A stretch of 64,000 nucleotides of DNA from Thermodesulfobacteriota bacterium (GTDB taxonomy: Bacteria > Desulfobacterota_D > UBA1144 > Nemesobacterales > UBA2774), in NCBI GenBank assembly GCA_965223335.1, contig OZ244991.1:1056001-1120000 (forward strand). The letters run 5' to 3'. A program made the position numbers and the translations under genes. The number at the start of each line of letters is the position of its first letter. Position 1 is the first letter of the stretch. Below, piece after piece: positions 49,880 to 60,709 of the stretch. Under the pieces are notes generated by a model. It did not search any database. It was not told the DNA's origin and saw only the letters and a program-made list of their open reading frames with translations.

Positions 49880-50832
49880 GCTGTAATCTCTAGCATTCTA
49901 TCGATTGCCTGTTTGGCTTTAGAGGCAATCTCCGTAGGTACCTTTACCTCGAACACATCATCCTGCAGCGAGACGAGTACCTTATCGAGGGTTATCATCT
50001 TCATGTACTTGCAGACTGCGTTTTCCATCGCCGGGTAAAAGGTCTTGTCCGGGTTGTCTTTTCTCAGGGTGTGCAGCATACCGGTCTCTGTGGCGATGAT
50101 AAATTGTTTTTTATCCGACTCTTTTGCGTGTTTTAACATCCCGCCCGTGGAAAAGAACTTTACATTTGAGTCGCCGTTATCCATAAGGGCATCGGACGAG
50201 TGGTAAAGGAAGTTCGTTGTGCATCCGCATTCGGGGTGGATTATCATCTCGGCATCAGGGTGGGTGTCCTGTACTTCTTCTATGTCCTGGGGACGAATCC
50301 CCGCGTGGACATGGCACTCACCGGGCCAGATGTGTATTTTTCTGCCTGTCACCTTGGCGGCATATGCTCCTAAAAACATATCTGGCAGAAAGAGGATCTC
50401 TTTATCCTCTGGCACTGCACGCACCACGTTTACCGCATTGGACGACGTACAGCAGTAGTCACTCTCGGCTTTAACCTCGGCAGTGGTGTTGACGTAAGAC
50501 ACAACCACTGCATCGGGGTGCTCCTTTTTCCAGTCCCTTAACTGCTCAGCGTTAATAGTGTCTGCGAGTGAGCATCCGGCTTCCAGATCAGGTATCAAAA
50601 CCTTTTTGTCCGGTGAGATTATCGATGCTGTCTCAGCCATGAAGTGCACTCCGCAAAACACAATCACGTCCGCATCGGTCTCGGCGGCGGCCTGCGACAG
50701 TGTCAAGGAATCCCCTGTTAAATCGGCAATGTCCTGTACCTCGGGGACCTGGTAGTTATGGGCCAAAATAACCGCGTTTTTCTGGGTTTTTAGCCTTTTG
50801 ATCTCTTGTTCAACACTGTTTAGGTTATCCAT
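49876..50832 (-). CDS. nadA: Quinolinate synthase
   Basis: LAHNYQ, FCGVHFMAE, GCSLA, YVNT, CHVH, HPEC and CKYMK motifs. Confidence 0.97.
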   Translation of the reverse strand: MDNLNSVEQEIKRLKTQKNAVILAHNYQVPEVQDIADLTGDSLTLSQAAAETDADVIVFCGVHFMAETASIISPDKKVLIPDLEAGCSLADTINAEQLRDWKKEHPDAVVVSYVNTTAEVKAESDYCCTSSNAVNVVRAVPEDKEILFLPDMFLGAYAAKVTGRKIHIWPGECHVHAGIRPQDIEEVQDTHPDAEMIIHPECGCTTNFLYHSSDALMDNGDSNVKFFSTGGMLKHAKESDKKQFIIATETGMLHTLRKDNPDKTFYPAMENAVCKYMKMITLDKVLVSLQDDVFEVKVPTEIASKAKQAIDRMLEITA

Positions 50833-50869
50833 CTTATGTTAATAAAACTACCCGATAATATTGTAAAAA

Positions 50870-51715
50870 CTAGAGGAGGTCGAGACTGATATCCAGTGCT
50901 TTAGGGGAGTGGGTAAGCGCTCCTACCGATATGTAATCCACGCCCGTAGCGGCTATCTCTGCGACGGTTTCCAGGCTCACACCACCCGATGCCTCCAGCA
51001 AAACCCTGCCATGGTTAAGCTCCACAGCCTTTTTCATCTCATGGGTAGACATATTGTCGAGCATAACTATATCCACCCCCGCCCCGATGGCCTCTTCGAG
51101 TTGGTTCAAAGAGATAATCTCTACCTCGATCTTAGGCCCCTCTCCGATTTTATTACGCGCTGTTTTAACCGCGTTTTCAATACCGCCCGCAAACGCGATG
51201 TGGTTGTCTTTAATGAGCACCATGTCAAATAAACCTGTGCGATGATTTTTCCCGCCACCCGTACGCACCGCGTATTTATCCAACAGCCTTAGGCCCGGTA
51301 CGGTTTTGCGTGTGTCTAGTATCTTGGTGTTGGTATGCTTCACGGCATCGGTGTAGCGCGATGTTAGGGTTGCTATGCCCGATAGCCTCTGCAGGAAATT
51401 TAGAGCAAGGCGCTCGGCGGTGAGTATTGCGCGAGTCCGTCCCTTGAGCTTGACTGCAATGTCCCCGGGTTTTACTCGGCTGCCGTCTTCGTGTATTACG
51501 TCCCATTTTATGTCCGGGTCAAGCCTCCTAAACACAGCCTCTGCCACAGGCAGCCCTGCAAGCACTCCTTCTTCTTTAACTTTAATCTCGGCCTCGGCCA
51601 TGGCGTCGGGCGGGAATAGGGAGTCGGTCGTTATATCCCCAGACCCTAAATCTTCTGTGAGTCCTCTTTCTATAATCTCGTCGATCTCTTTTTTATCCAG
51701 TCCGTATTCTTTCAA
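50870..51715 (-). CDS. nadC: Quinolinate phosphoribosyltransferase
   Basis: EDLGSGDITT, DTRKT.PG, HR.GL.D..LIKDNH and EASGG motifs. Confidence 0.97.
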   Translation of the reverse strand: MKEYGLDKKEIDEIIERGLTEDLGSGDITTDSLFPPDAMAEAEIKVKEEGVLAGLPVAEAVFRRLDPDIKWDVIHEDGSRVKPGDIAVKLKGRTRAILTAERLALNFLQRLSGIATLTSRYTDAVKHTNTKILDTRKTVPGLRLLDKYAVRTGGGKNHRTGLFDMVLIKDNHIAFAGGIENAVKTARNKIGEGPKIEVEIISLNQLEEAIGAGVDIVMLDNMSTHEMKKAVELNHGRVLLEASGGVSLETVAEIAATGVDYISVGALTHSPKALDISLDLL

Positions 51716-51739
51716 CCTTATATGGCTCCAATCACATAA

Positions 51740-53344
51740 TTAATCGAGTGTGAATAGATACTCGTTATTTTTCCAGACTATGTGTTTTTCCCATTCCTCC
51801 ATCTGCTCGGGGAACTCCTCTCTTATGTGCGCGCCCCGGCTCTCCTCTCTTATCAATGCGGCGCTTGTGATCAATTTAGCAATCTCAAACATTGATTCTA
51901 GTTTTAGTCTTTCGGGCCCGCTAAGTTCATAGTCGGCTTTCTCAAGACTACTCAGCTCTTCTAGTGCATGCTCCAAATCGGATTTGTTTCTAACGATCCC
52001 GGTCTTTTGGTTCATTATACTTGCAATCCGGTACCGTACATCTGCCAATACACTTTTTTGATTGTTCTCTCTAGCGGATAACTCTACGGTGATTAAAGAT
52101 TCTAAATCATCCGTACTCTCTGTGGTTTTTTCATCAATGGTCTTGTCGATAGCTCTTTTTGCAAACACCATACACTCAAGCAGTGAATTGCTCGCAAGCC
52201 TGTTGGCACCGTGAACACCGGTGCATGTGACCTCGCCACAGGCATAGAGCCCGCCTAAATTCGTCTTGCCGTTAATCCCGGTTTTGACACCCCCTATCGT
52301 ATAGTGTGCCGCGGGTGTAACGGGTACGGGGTCTTTAGTAATATCGATCCCGAGCTCTAGACAGGCTATATATATATTTTGAAACCTTTCTTTAATATAT
52401 TCGGCATCCAGATGCTCAAGCCTTAGATACGCCGATTTAGCCCCCGATTCCAAGAGTTCTTTGTTAATTGACCTCGACACTATATCGCGCGGGGCTAGTT
52501 CCCCGAGCTCATGGTACTTATCCATGAACCTCCGGCCATTGTCGTCCACAAGGTGTGCCCCCTCGCCCCTTATTGCCTCGGTTATAAGAAAACTCGAGCC
52601 TGACTCAAGGTAAAGGGCTGTGGGATGGAACTGAATAAATTCCATATCCTTTATCTCTGCCCCTGCTTTATATGCCAGGTATATACCCTCGCCCACTGCA
52701 CCCGGCGGGTTGGTCGTTCTCTCGAATAATGCCGACGCTCCGCCCGAGGCAAGTATGGTGTGTTTAGCCTTAAACATAATATGTTTGTCTGTGGCACCGT
52801 CGTATGTTAATGCTCCATAGCAGTTGGAGCCGTCCGATAAGAGCTCTATTGCGGTAGTATCTTCGTGTATCTGGATTTTATCGTTTTCGTTAACAAACGT
52901 AATAAGAAAGCTGACTATACCTTTGCCCGTGGCACTCCCCCCGGCATGGAGGATTCGCCTCTTTGTGTGTCCCCCCTCGAGCCCTAGCTCAAGGCCTTCT
53001 GTACCTTCGTCGAATTCCATACCCTGATCTATAAGCTCGAGCACGCGATCCTTGCCCTCGCGCACCAATATGTCCACAGCCTTTTCGTTACAAAGGCCCG
53101 CACCGGCCACAATCGTGTCCTCAAAGTGGTGCCAGATAGAGTCCTCGGGGTCGAGTGCGGCTGCAATCCCGCCCTGTGCCCAGTACGAGTTGCTCTCTTT
53201 TATAGTGGATTTGGTAAGCATGGAAACTCGCCCGAAACGCGATGCATATTTCGATGCGTAGAGTCCGGCTAGGCCGCTGCCTATTACAAGGTAGTCGGTC
53301 TCTATTTCCACAATCTCAGCATTGTTAATGGAGTTTGGTGGCAT
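51740..53344 (-). CDS. nadB: L-aspartate oxidase
   Basis: GSGLAG, AQGGIAA, EGGH, QFHPT, AHYTIGG, HGANRLASNSL and ESRGAH motifs. Confidence 0.96.
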   Translation of the reverse strand: MPPNSINNAEIVEIETDYLVIGSGLAGLYASKYASRFGRVSMLTKSTIKESNSYWAQGGIAAALDPEDSIWHHFEDTIVAGAGLCNEKAVDILVREGKDRVLELIDQGMEFDEGTEGLELGLEGGHTKRRILHAGGSATGKGIVSFLITFVNENDKIQIHEDTTAIELLSDGSNCYGALTYDGATDKHIMFKAKHTILASGGASALFERTTNPPGAVGEGIYLAYKAGAEIKDMEFIQFHPTALYLESGSSFLITEAIRGEGAHLVDDNGRRFMDKYHELGELAPRDIVSRSINKELLESGAKSAYLRLEHLDAEYIKERFQNIYIACLELGIDITKDPVPVTPAAHYTIGGVKTGINGKTNLGGLYACGEVTCTGVHGANRLASNSLLECMVFAKRAIDKTIDEKTTESTDDLESLITVELSARENNQKSVLADVRYRIASIMNQKTGIVRNKSDLEHALEELSSLEKADYELSGPERLKLESMFEIAKLITSAALIREESRGAHIREEFPEQMEEWEKHIVWKNNEYLFTLD

Positions 53345-53374
53345 TCTCTTGGTTGTCCGGAATAGCTAGAGTTG

Positions 53375-56026
53375 TTATAATTCGCCCGTGATTGCTTTGA
53401 ATAATTCGACTTTTATCTCGTCAATTTTTTCGGGGTCTTCGATTTTGTTCCCCTTCATATCGTTCACATAAAATGCATCTACCACCTGGTCTACCTTGGT
53501 AGAAATCTTAGCCGACTCAATCGATAGGTCGAGCTTTGTGATGGTTTTTGTAATGTCGTATAAAAGACCGTTCCTATCATATGTATAAACATCTATAACC
53601 GTAGAGATATCTGATGATTCGTTATCGACCTCGATCCTAGTGGGGTATAGAGGGATGTTTTTGTCGAATTTATGTTTAATTTTTTTGCGCTTAGCCATTA
53701 GTTTTTCCACATTGATTTTGCCGTCTACTACTCTTGTTAAGTTGCCCTCGAGTTTATCCCAAATCTCTTTATCATCGTGGGTCGATTTACCCAGGTGATT
53801 TACATAAAATACGTCGAGTATTCGCCCATCGGCTCTGGTCGTGATCCTCGCACCCAGTATGTTCAAGCCGTTTGCCCTAATAACTCCGCACAGTTTAGAA
53901 AATATCCCCGGGGCATCGAATCCCCAAAATGTAAACTCGTCGTATTGCTCGCGTTCGTGGAAGATCACATTCATCCCAATCTTGCCGTCTGAGTTTGCAA
54001 TCAGGTTAGTGTGTTGCGCAATCTTGCTGGGTGAGAACCGGGTAAAGTAAGACAAGGGCATCTTGTTTAGAGCAGCGTTAACCGCTTTTTTAGACACACT
54101 ACCCTTTAGGGTTTGATATACATCGTTTTTAATCCGTGTTTTCCGCTCTCTGGGCTTTTCCTTTTGGAACTCGCCCTTTTCCAATACGCTCGCAGTTCTT
54201 ACGAACAACTCCTTTAGCAGCATAGCTTTCCAGTTGGTCCAGACCTCGGGGCCTACCGAGCGGATGTCGGCATATGTAAGCAGATAGAGCAGACTGAGGG
54301 TTTCCAGTGTTTTAACCGAGCGCGCAAACCTAAGGATTAAGCTTATATCGTGGATATCCCGCCTTTGTGAAAAATGAGTCATGATGAGGTGGTGTTTTAC
54401 CAGGAACTCAAGCTGTTTGCTGTCCTCTTCCCTTAGCCCCATCCGCTTTGAGAGCTTGGGTATCATTGCAGCCCCCTTCTGTGCGTGGTTCCTGCCCTCG
54501 CCCTTGCCCATGTCATGGAATAGGCATGCGAGGAAAAGCACATCGCGTTTCATTAGGGACTCGGCAGTCTTTGTGAGCAGTGGGAGTTCCTTATCGTGTT
54601 TATAACGAAGCAGGTCTTCGATCTCGCGTATCATAAATATGGAGTGGATGTCTACAGTGAACACATGGTAGGCGTCGTGCTGTACCATGCACACTATCTT
54701 GCCGAACTCTGGGATAAAGTACCCGAGTAACCGAAGCCGGTTCATGTGGAGCAGGGTCTCGGCAACGTTCTTACCCTTTTTTAAGATGCGCAGGAACGAG
54801 GCGTTAAACTCCTTATTGGTCCTCACACTATCGTCAATCTGTGTCACATCCACTTTATCCCGTATGAGGTCGATGAGGTAGTTGCTCATCTTAATTTCCA
54901 GTTTGTCCGAGTATTCAAATGCCCGCATCAGATTGGCAATATCTTCGTTGAATATCTCTGCGTTTGTTACACTTAGCATATTGTCTTGTATGCAAAACCC
55001 AAAATTAAGCACTTTTATTTTGGGTTTAAACATTCTGAACCTGGCTTTCTCTGTGCACTTTTCTATCAACTTTTTAGAGAGTTCCGTTAGGTTGCTTCCT
55101 CTCAAGTAATAGAGTCTCATAAATCTCTCTACTGCGGGCAGCTCCGCGTCTTTAAATCCAAAGTATTGAGCTATTCTCTCCTGATACTCAAACCCCAGCC
55201 GGTCCTCGAGCCTATCAGCCAGGTAATGAAGTTCCGAGCGCACAAGTAATAGAAAATTTAGCCCTTTCTCAAAGGTGCCGAGGTCTTTTTCTATGATAAG
55301 CCCTTTTTCAAGCAGTTCTCTGAAACTCTTCACCTTGAATTTGGCTTGAGCGATCCAAAGCGCATAGTTTATCTCTCGTATCCCACCCTCTCCCTCTTTT
55401 ACATTGGGCTCAAGCAGGTAGACCGACCTCCCAAACCTCTCTATCCTCTTTTCGTTCTCCTCGATCTTTTTCTCGATAAATTTCCCCGAGTACTCGGGCA
55501 GAAGCTTTTTATATATCTTGTTGTCTAGTTTCTGGTACAGATTGTAGTCGCCGAACACGAACCTGCTGTCGAGTAGAGAGGACAGTATGGTTGTGTCTTC
55601 ATCCCTCGAGAGCTCTATGCATTCATCGATAGTTCGCACCGAGTGACCCACATCGAGGTTAAGATCCCACAACAGATAAAGAAGGCATTCGGTTGTGTTC
55701 TTGGCAAGTGTCTTGTTGTTGGTTTTATAGAGGAATAGAAGGTCTATATCGGAAAAGGGGCAGAGCTCGCTTCGCCCATAGCCACCCAAAGCGATAATGG
55801 CAACGTTTTTTAGCTCTGTTATCCCGCGTTTTTCAAACGAGTCTCTCACCAGCTCGTCCACGATCTCCGTGCGTTTCATTGCAAGGTACCCGCCCGTATG
55901 GGTTTTAGTCCTCTTAACCTTCTCCCCATGCAAACGGCGCAGTGCACTGCGTCTTCTAAGGAACCTTGATTTGATCTTGCTCAGCAGCTGGTCTTCGTTT
56001 TTAATAATTTTTTTAGCTGTACTCAT
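53375..56026 (-). CDS. glnD: [Protein-PII] uridylyltransferase / uridylyl-removing enzyme
   Basis: GGYGR..L.P.SDIDL, EPNVKE..GG.R, HD domain (LFHDMGKG) and two ACT domains. Confidence 0.95.
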   Translation of the reverse strand: MSTAKKIIKNEDQLLSKIKSRFLRRRSALRRLHGEKVKRTKTHTGGYLAMKRTEIVDELVRDSFEKRGITELKNVAIIALGGYGRSELCPFSDIDLLFLYKTNNKTLAKNTTECLLYLLWDLNLDVGHSVRTIDECIELSRDEDTTILSSLLDSRFVFGDYNLYQKLDNKIYKKLLPEYSGKFIEKKIEENEKRIERFGRSVYLLEPNVKEGEGGIREINYALWIAQAKFKVKSFRELLEKGLIIEKDLGTFEKGLNFLLLVRSELHYLADRLEDRLGFEYQERIAQYFGFKDAELPAVERFMRLYYLRGSNLTELSKKLIEKCTEKARFRMFKPKIKVLNFGFCIQDNMLSVTNAEIFNEDIANLMRAFEYSDKLEIKMSNYLIDLIRDKVDVTQIDDSVRTNKEFNASFLRILKKGKNVAETLLHMNRLRLLGYFIPEFGKIVCMVQHDAYHVFTVDIHSIFMIREIEDLLRYKHDKELPLLTKTAESLMKRDVLFLACLFHDMGKGEGRNHAQKGAAMIPKLSKRMGLREEDSKQLEFLVKHHLIMTHFSQRRDIHDISLILRFARSVKTLETLSLLYLLTYADIRSVGPEVWTNWKAMLLKELFVRTASVLEKGEFQKEKPRERKTRIKNDVYQTLKGSVSKKAVNAALNKMPLSYFTRFSPSKIAQHTNLIANSDGKIGMNVIFHEREQYDEFTFWGFDAPGIFSKLCGVIRANGLNILGARITTRADGRILDVFYVNHLGKSTHDDKEIWDKLEGNLTRVVDGKINVEKLMAKRKKIKHKFDKNIPLYPTRIEVDNESSDISTVIDVYTYDRNGLLYDITKTITKLDLSIESAKISTKVDQVVDAFYVNDMKGNKIEDPEKIDEIKVELFKAITGEL

Positions 56027-56051
56027 TGTATTTACGCTTTATTATATCGGT

Positions 56052-56696
56052 CTAACTCTTCGATTTGATGCTTAATGATATACCATCGCGGAGAGGAATT
56101 ACAGATGTAAAAAACCCGTTGTGCGACAAAAGCTTATTGGTAAAATCCTTTACCCCCTGGGTTTCCTCAGATACTTGGGTATCCAGTATCCTGCCGAACC
56201 ACAAAACATTGTCCGATACGAGCAACCCACCTTTTTTAAGCCTGGGGAATGCCAGGTCGGGAACCGCGGGGTACTGATGTTTATCTATATCGTTAAATAT
56301 TATGTCATAGGTTTCATCCGAGGCCTTTATATAGTCGAGGGCGTTGCAGGTGATTATAGAAATTTTGTCCGAAACCCCGCCTTCCTTAAAAAACTTTTTT
56401 GCCAACTCGGTGTTTTCCCGGTCCGATTCCGTACATGTAACTGAGCCGTTTTCCCCAAGGGCCTTTGCAAACCAGTATGCCGAGTACCCAAACCCTGAAC
56501 CCAGCTCCAATATCTTTTCTGCCCCCGAGAGCTTAGCCAACTGATAGAAAAACCGGCCGACAAGTGGCCCTACTATTGGGAAATCTCTTTTTGCTGCAAG
56601 CTCTTCCATTTTCGATAGAACTTTGTCTGTACTCGGCAGTAACGAGTGTAGGTAATCTTCTATCTCAGGGTTTGTGATAAGCCTGTCTGTTTCCAT
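56052..56696 (-). CDS. SAM-dependent O-methyltransferase
   Basis: LELGSGFGYSA, IFNDIDK and GGLLVSDNVLW motifs. Confidence 0.9.
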   Translation of the reverse strand: METDRLITNPEIEDYLHSLLPSTDKVLSKMEELAAKRDFPIVGPLVGRFFYQLAKLSGAEKILELGSGFGYSAYWFAKALGENGSVTCTESDRENTELAKKFFKEGGVSDKISIITCNALDYIKASDETYDIIFNDIDKHQYPAVPDLAFPRLKKGGLLVSDNVLWFGRILDTQVSEETQGVKDFTNKLLSHNGFFTSVIPLRDGISLSIKSKS

Positions 56697-56713
56697 ATTG
56701 AGTCGATGCGGGG

Positions 56714-57271
56714 TTATTTGCTAAAATCTACATAAGTCTCAGTGTTCTCACACAATTTGTTCTCAAACCTCGCCATAACAAATAAAAGATCCGAGAGCCT
56801 GTTCATATATTTAAGGACATTGTTCACAGCCCCCCCGGCCTCCTTAAGGGCAACTATTTTTCTCTCTGCGCGCCTAGATACTGCCCGGGCAAGGTGGAGG
56901 CTCGCACCCCCTGCGCTTCCCCCAGGGAGTATAAACTCTTTAAGCGGTTCTAACTGTTGTAATAGACCGTCTATACTATGCTCAAGGTCATCAATCCTGT
57001 TTTGTTCGATACGCGGTACGTCTAGCTCCTCAGGGCTTGCGAGGTCTGCACCTATGATGAATAGATCGTTTTGAATAGCAAGGATTAGACTGCGGAGGTT
57101 TTCGTCTTTGACTTGGGGGTATGCAATGCCCAGCACCGAGTTTAGCTCGTCCACGTCCCCATAAGCATCTACTCTGGACGATGCCTTACTTATTCTATCG
57201 CCCCCGACCAGAGAGGTCATCCCGGCATCGCCCGTACGGGTGTATACCTTGGTAATTCGCTTTTTAGACAT
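56714..57271 (-). CDS. Cob(I)alamin adenosyltransferase, PduO type
   Basis: YTRTGD.G.T, YGDVDELNS, FILPGG, RRAER and NRLSD motifs. Confidence 0.95.
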   Translation of the reverse strand: MSKKRITKVYTRTGDAGMTSLVGGDRISKASSRVDAYGDVDELNSVLGIAYPQVKDENLRSLILAIQNDLFIIGADLASPEELDVPRIEQNRIDDLEHSIDGLLQQLEPLKEFILPGGSAGGASLHLARAVSRRAERKIVALKEAGGAVNNVLKYMNRLSDLLFVMARFENKLCENTETYVDFSK

Positions 57272-57402
57272 CAATCAAGTCTAACAGATGGGTATTTATG
57301 GTTCAAACAATGGGGTTTTTGTGTACATTCTTGTATAAAACCTAAGATAGGCGAGTATAAGACCTTGGGCTCCCACTTATGAAACTACAATGGAGGTAAG
57401 TC

Positions 57403-57816
57403 ATGCTTGAACGATGGTACCTGTTTACATTGCTTGCAATTGTGCTTTTTGCATTCGGCAGTTTTTTTGGCAAGATAGCGTCCCTAAGAGATATTCCGTT
57501 TAGGGTCTATTTCTTCGAGGGTGTGGGGACGTTATGCGTGTTCAGCGCATTCGTTATATATAACAGAGCGACAATATTCAATAATTTCGAGGTCAATCTG
57601 CTGGCACTGCTGATGGGGCTATGCTGGGGTGTGGGGACGGTGCTCTTCATTGTAGCGCTCAAGTACGCAAAGCTCTCTGTGCTCGTTCCTCTGAGTGCCG
57701 TGTATCCTGCACTTACAGTGGTGCTCGCATTCGTGTTTTTGGGTGAGCGCTTGGGGCCGAGAGAGATGGCCGGTGTGGGTTTTGCAATACTCTCGGCTCT
57801 GCTATTGGCTAAGTAG
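57403..57816 (+). CDS. EamA/DMT family membrane protein (single domain)
   Basis: Five TM helices; ALKY.K.S..VPL...YP...V.LA..FLGE motif. Confidence 0.85.
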   Translation: MLERWYLFTLLAIVLFAFGSFFGKIASLRDIPFRVYFFEGVGTLCVFSAFVIYNRATIFNNFEVNLLALLMGLCWGVGTVLFIVALKYAKLSVLVPLSAVYPALTVVLAFVFLGERLGPREMAGVGFAILSALLLAK

Positions 57817-57999
57817 TAGATGTGGGACAAGAGCAAATATCGTAATGACTTAATGTAAAACTGATATTTATATTGACCCAATCTTCCGGATTATCTCGAC
57901 TACGCCAAGCTGTTTGTTTACTCATTTAAGATTTCTATTGAAAACCTATTGACCCAGTCCTAAGAATATGTAAATATTTAATTTTATTTCGAGTGAGCT

Positions 58000-60408
58000 A
58001 TGAGATTCACATTAAACTGGTTAAGAGATTATGTAGATTTTGATCTAAGTCCCGAGCAACTTGCCGAGAGGCTTACAATGGCCGGGCTTGAGGTCGAGGC
58101 GGTTGAGTATCCGGGCCGGGGTCTAGACGACATAGTAGTGGCCCAAATCTCTGAGATGGGGCCACACCCTAACGCTGATAAGCTCACACTCTGTCGGGTG
58201 ACCGATGGCTACCAAGATTACAAGATAGTCTGCGGTGCTACGAACATGAAATCCGGCGACAAGGTAGCACTTGCAAAAATAGGTGCCAATCTGCCCCCGG
58301 GACCAAAATTTCCCGAGGGTTTAAAGATCAAAAAAGCCAAGATACGCGGCGAAGAGTCATTTGGGATGCTCTGTGCTGAGGACGAACTCAATATTGCAGA
58401 TGAATCCGACGGTATCATGATACTGTCCGAAGGTGCACGGCTTGGTAATGAGATTGCTGAGGAACTAGGGCTCGATGCCCCGATATTCGAGGTCGGCATA
58501 ACCCCCAACAGACCAGATTGTCTTAGCCTTATTGGTACGGCAAGAGAGGTTGCGGCCATTTTGGGCACAGAACTTAAGTACCCTAAATTAGAACTAATTG
58601 AATCCGATCAAGATATTAATGAGCTGGCAACTGTGGTTATAAAAGACACAAAAGGGTGCCCGAGGTACTCGTGCCGAGTGATACAAGGCATAACCATAGG
58701 CCCCTCGCCCGATTGGCTGAAAACTAGGGTAGAGTCGGCGGGTATAAGGTCGATTAACAACATAGTGGATGTGACCAACTTTGTGATGCTAGAGTACGGC
58801 CAGCCTCTACACGCCTTTGATTACGACCTCGTAGAGGGACACAAGATAATTGTCAGGACGGCAGACGAGGGCGAAACTCTACTTACTTTAGATGGCGAGA
58901 AAAGAACACTTTCGAGCGAGGATGTTTTAATATCTGACGGGTCCTGCCCTGTGGCATTAGCGGGTGTTATGGGAGGGGGCGAGACAGAGGTATCAGACAA
59001 TACGGTAAATGTTCTTATTGAGAGCGCATATTTCAACCCCACTAGCGTGCGTAAGACATCCAAGACCACGGGCCTAAGGTCCGAGTCTTCCTATCGCTTC
59101 GAGAGAGGTACCGATCCAAACGGTGTTGTCACTGCGCTCGACAGGGCCGCAATGCTTATGAACCAGGTTGCGGGGGGCACGGTAGCAAAAGGTGCTGTGG
59201 ACATCTACCCCGAAACCATCACACAAAGTGTTGTAACTTTATCTGTAGATAGAACAAACGATGTTCTAGGAACAGAGCTTGATCCTGAAACCGTTACCAC
59301 AATACTTAGCGGCATCGGCATAGACACAAAAGAGCTTGGTCCTGGTCAAATAGAGTGTACCGTACCCACTTTCAGAGTGGATATAACCCGCCAGATCGAT
59401 CTTATAGAAGAGGTTGCAAGGCTCTATGGATACGACAATATTAGTACCACGTTACCTCGGGTTGAGATGAACACCGAGACACCCGAGAGCCGCACTGTGG
59501 TCGAGGAGTCGTTTAGGCAGCAGCTTATAAGAAACGGGTTTTTAGAGGTTATAAACTATAGCTTCGAGGGCCCTCAGCTACTCGGTATCTTCGACGATGT
59601 GCGCCATGTCGAGATAATGAACCCTATAAGTCAAGATAGCTCGCTTATGAGGACCAGCCTTTTCCCGAGCCTGCTAAAAAACATTACGTACAACCTAAAC
59701 CACCAGGCCGAGGACTTAAGAATTTTTGAAATCGGTCATGTATATATTCCAGAGCAGAGCGAGCTCCCGAGGGAGACCAAACGCTTAGCGGCAGCGGCAA
59801 CCGGAAGAAGGGCCCCTGAGCTATGGAGCAAAGAGAACATTGACTTTTTTGATATGAAGGCTGTTTTTAGCGGGGCCTTGGGCGAGCGCTTATTGTCTGA
59901 TACAGTCGAGTTTCAAAGTGCCTCGGATATTGGCTACTTACACCCGGGGCAATCGGCACGAATAACAGTGAAAGGCAAAGAGATCGGCGTAATAGGTGAA
60001 CTGCATCCCGAAATCTTAGAGAAATTAGATGTGGCAAAACGAGTCTATATTTTCGAGGTTGATATAAATAGCATTGTGTTTTATTACGATAAAACGCAAA
60101 AATCATTCCAGTCCATCCCACGTTATCCATCTGTCAGACGAGATATCTCGATAGTTGTGGACGAGGGTATTGATGCAGGTAGTATTGTAAATGAAATCAG
60201 GAACATAGATAATAAGTTAATAGAAGATGTAACTGTGTTTGATGTATTTCACGGGGGTTCGATGACCGTGGGTAAAAAGAGTGTTGCACTTAGCCTTCAT
60301 ATAAGGTCGGTGGACAGGACACTTACCGATACGGAAATAAATGAGGTACAAGAAAAAGCTTTAAATAAATTACAATTGGCTCTTGGAGCTGAATTGCGTA
60401 CAATATAG
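58000..60408 (+). CDS. pheT: Phenylalanine-tRNA ligase beta subunit
   Basis: HPNADKL, ITPNRPD, GQPLHAFD, RFERG, DLIEEVARLYG and FDX-ACB tail. Confidence 0.98.
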   Translation: MRFTLNWLRDYVDFDLSPEQLAERLTMAGLEVEAVEYPGRGLDDIVVAQISEMGPHPNADKLTLCRVTDGYQDYKIVCGATNMKSGDKVALAKIGANLPPGPKFPEGLKIKKAKIRGEESFGMLCAEDELNIADESDGIMILSEGARLGNEIAEELGLDAPIFEVGITPNRPDCLSLIGTAREVAAILGTELKYPKLELIESDQDINELATVVIKDTKGCPRYSCRVIQGITIGPSPDWLKTRVESAGIRSINNIVDVTNFVMLEYGQPLHAFDYDLVEGHKIIVRTADEGETLLTLDGEKRTLSSEDVLISDGSCPVALAGVMGGGETEVSDNTVNVLIESAYFNPTSVRKTSKTTGLRSESSYRFERGTDPNGVVTALDRAAMLMNQVAGGTVAKGAVDIYPETITQSVVTLSVDRTNDVLGTELDPETVTTILSGIGIDTKELGPGQIECTVPTFRVDITRQIDLIEEVARLYGYDNISTTLPRVEMNTETPESRTVVEESFRQQLIRNGFLEVINYSFEGPQLLGIFDDVRHVEIMNPISQDSSLMRTSLFPSLLKNITYNLNHQAEDLRIFEIGHVYIPEQSELPRETKRLAAAATGRRAPELWSKENIDFFDMKAVFSGALGERLLSDTVEFQSASDIGYLHPGQSARITVKGKEIGVIGELHPEILEKLDVAKRVYIFEVDINSIVFYYDKTQKSFQSIPRYPSVRRDISIVVDEGIDAGSIVNEIRNIDNKLIEDVTVFDVFHGGSMTVGKKSVALSLHIRSVDRTLTDTEINEVQEKALNKLQLALGAELRTI

Positions 60409-60421
60409 GAGAGGTCGGAAA

Positions 60422-60706
60422 ATGACGAAGAAAGAATTAGCAGATGTAATCCATACAAAAATTGGGCTTTCTAAACGGGAGTCCGCAGAAATCGTAGAGT
60501 TCTTTTTCGAACTAGCCAAACAGAAGCTCAGTACCGGCGAGGGTGTCAAACTACCCAGGTTCGGCAGTTTTAAAGTGCAGGAGAGAAAGGCCAGAAAGGG
60601 TAGAAACCCTGCTACGGGTGAGACAATTGAGATAGCGGAAAGAAAAGCCGTAGTGTTTAAACCCAGCAGGTTTTTGCGCGATGCAATTGATCATAAAGCA
60701 AGTTGA
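60422..60706 (+). CDS. ihfA: Integration host factor alpha / HU family protein
   Basis: MTKKEL...FGSF.V..RKARKGRNPATGE; GGAG RBS; conserved position after pheT. Confidence 0.85.
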   Translation: MTKKELADVIHTKIGLSKRESAEIVEFFFELAKQKLSTGEGVKLPRFGSFKVQERKARKGRNPATGETIEIAERKAVVFKPSRFLRDAIDHKAS

Positions 60707-60709
60707 TGC

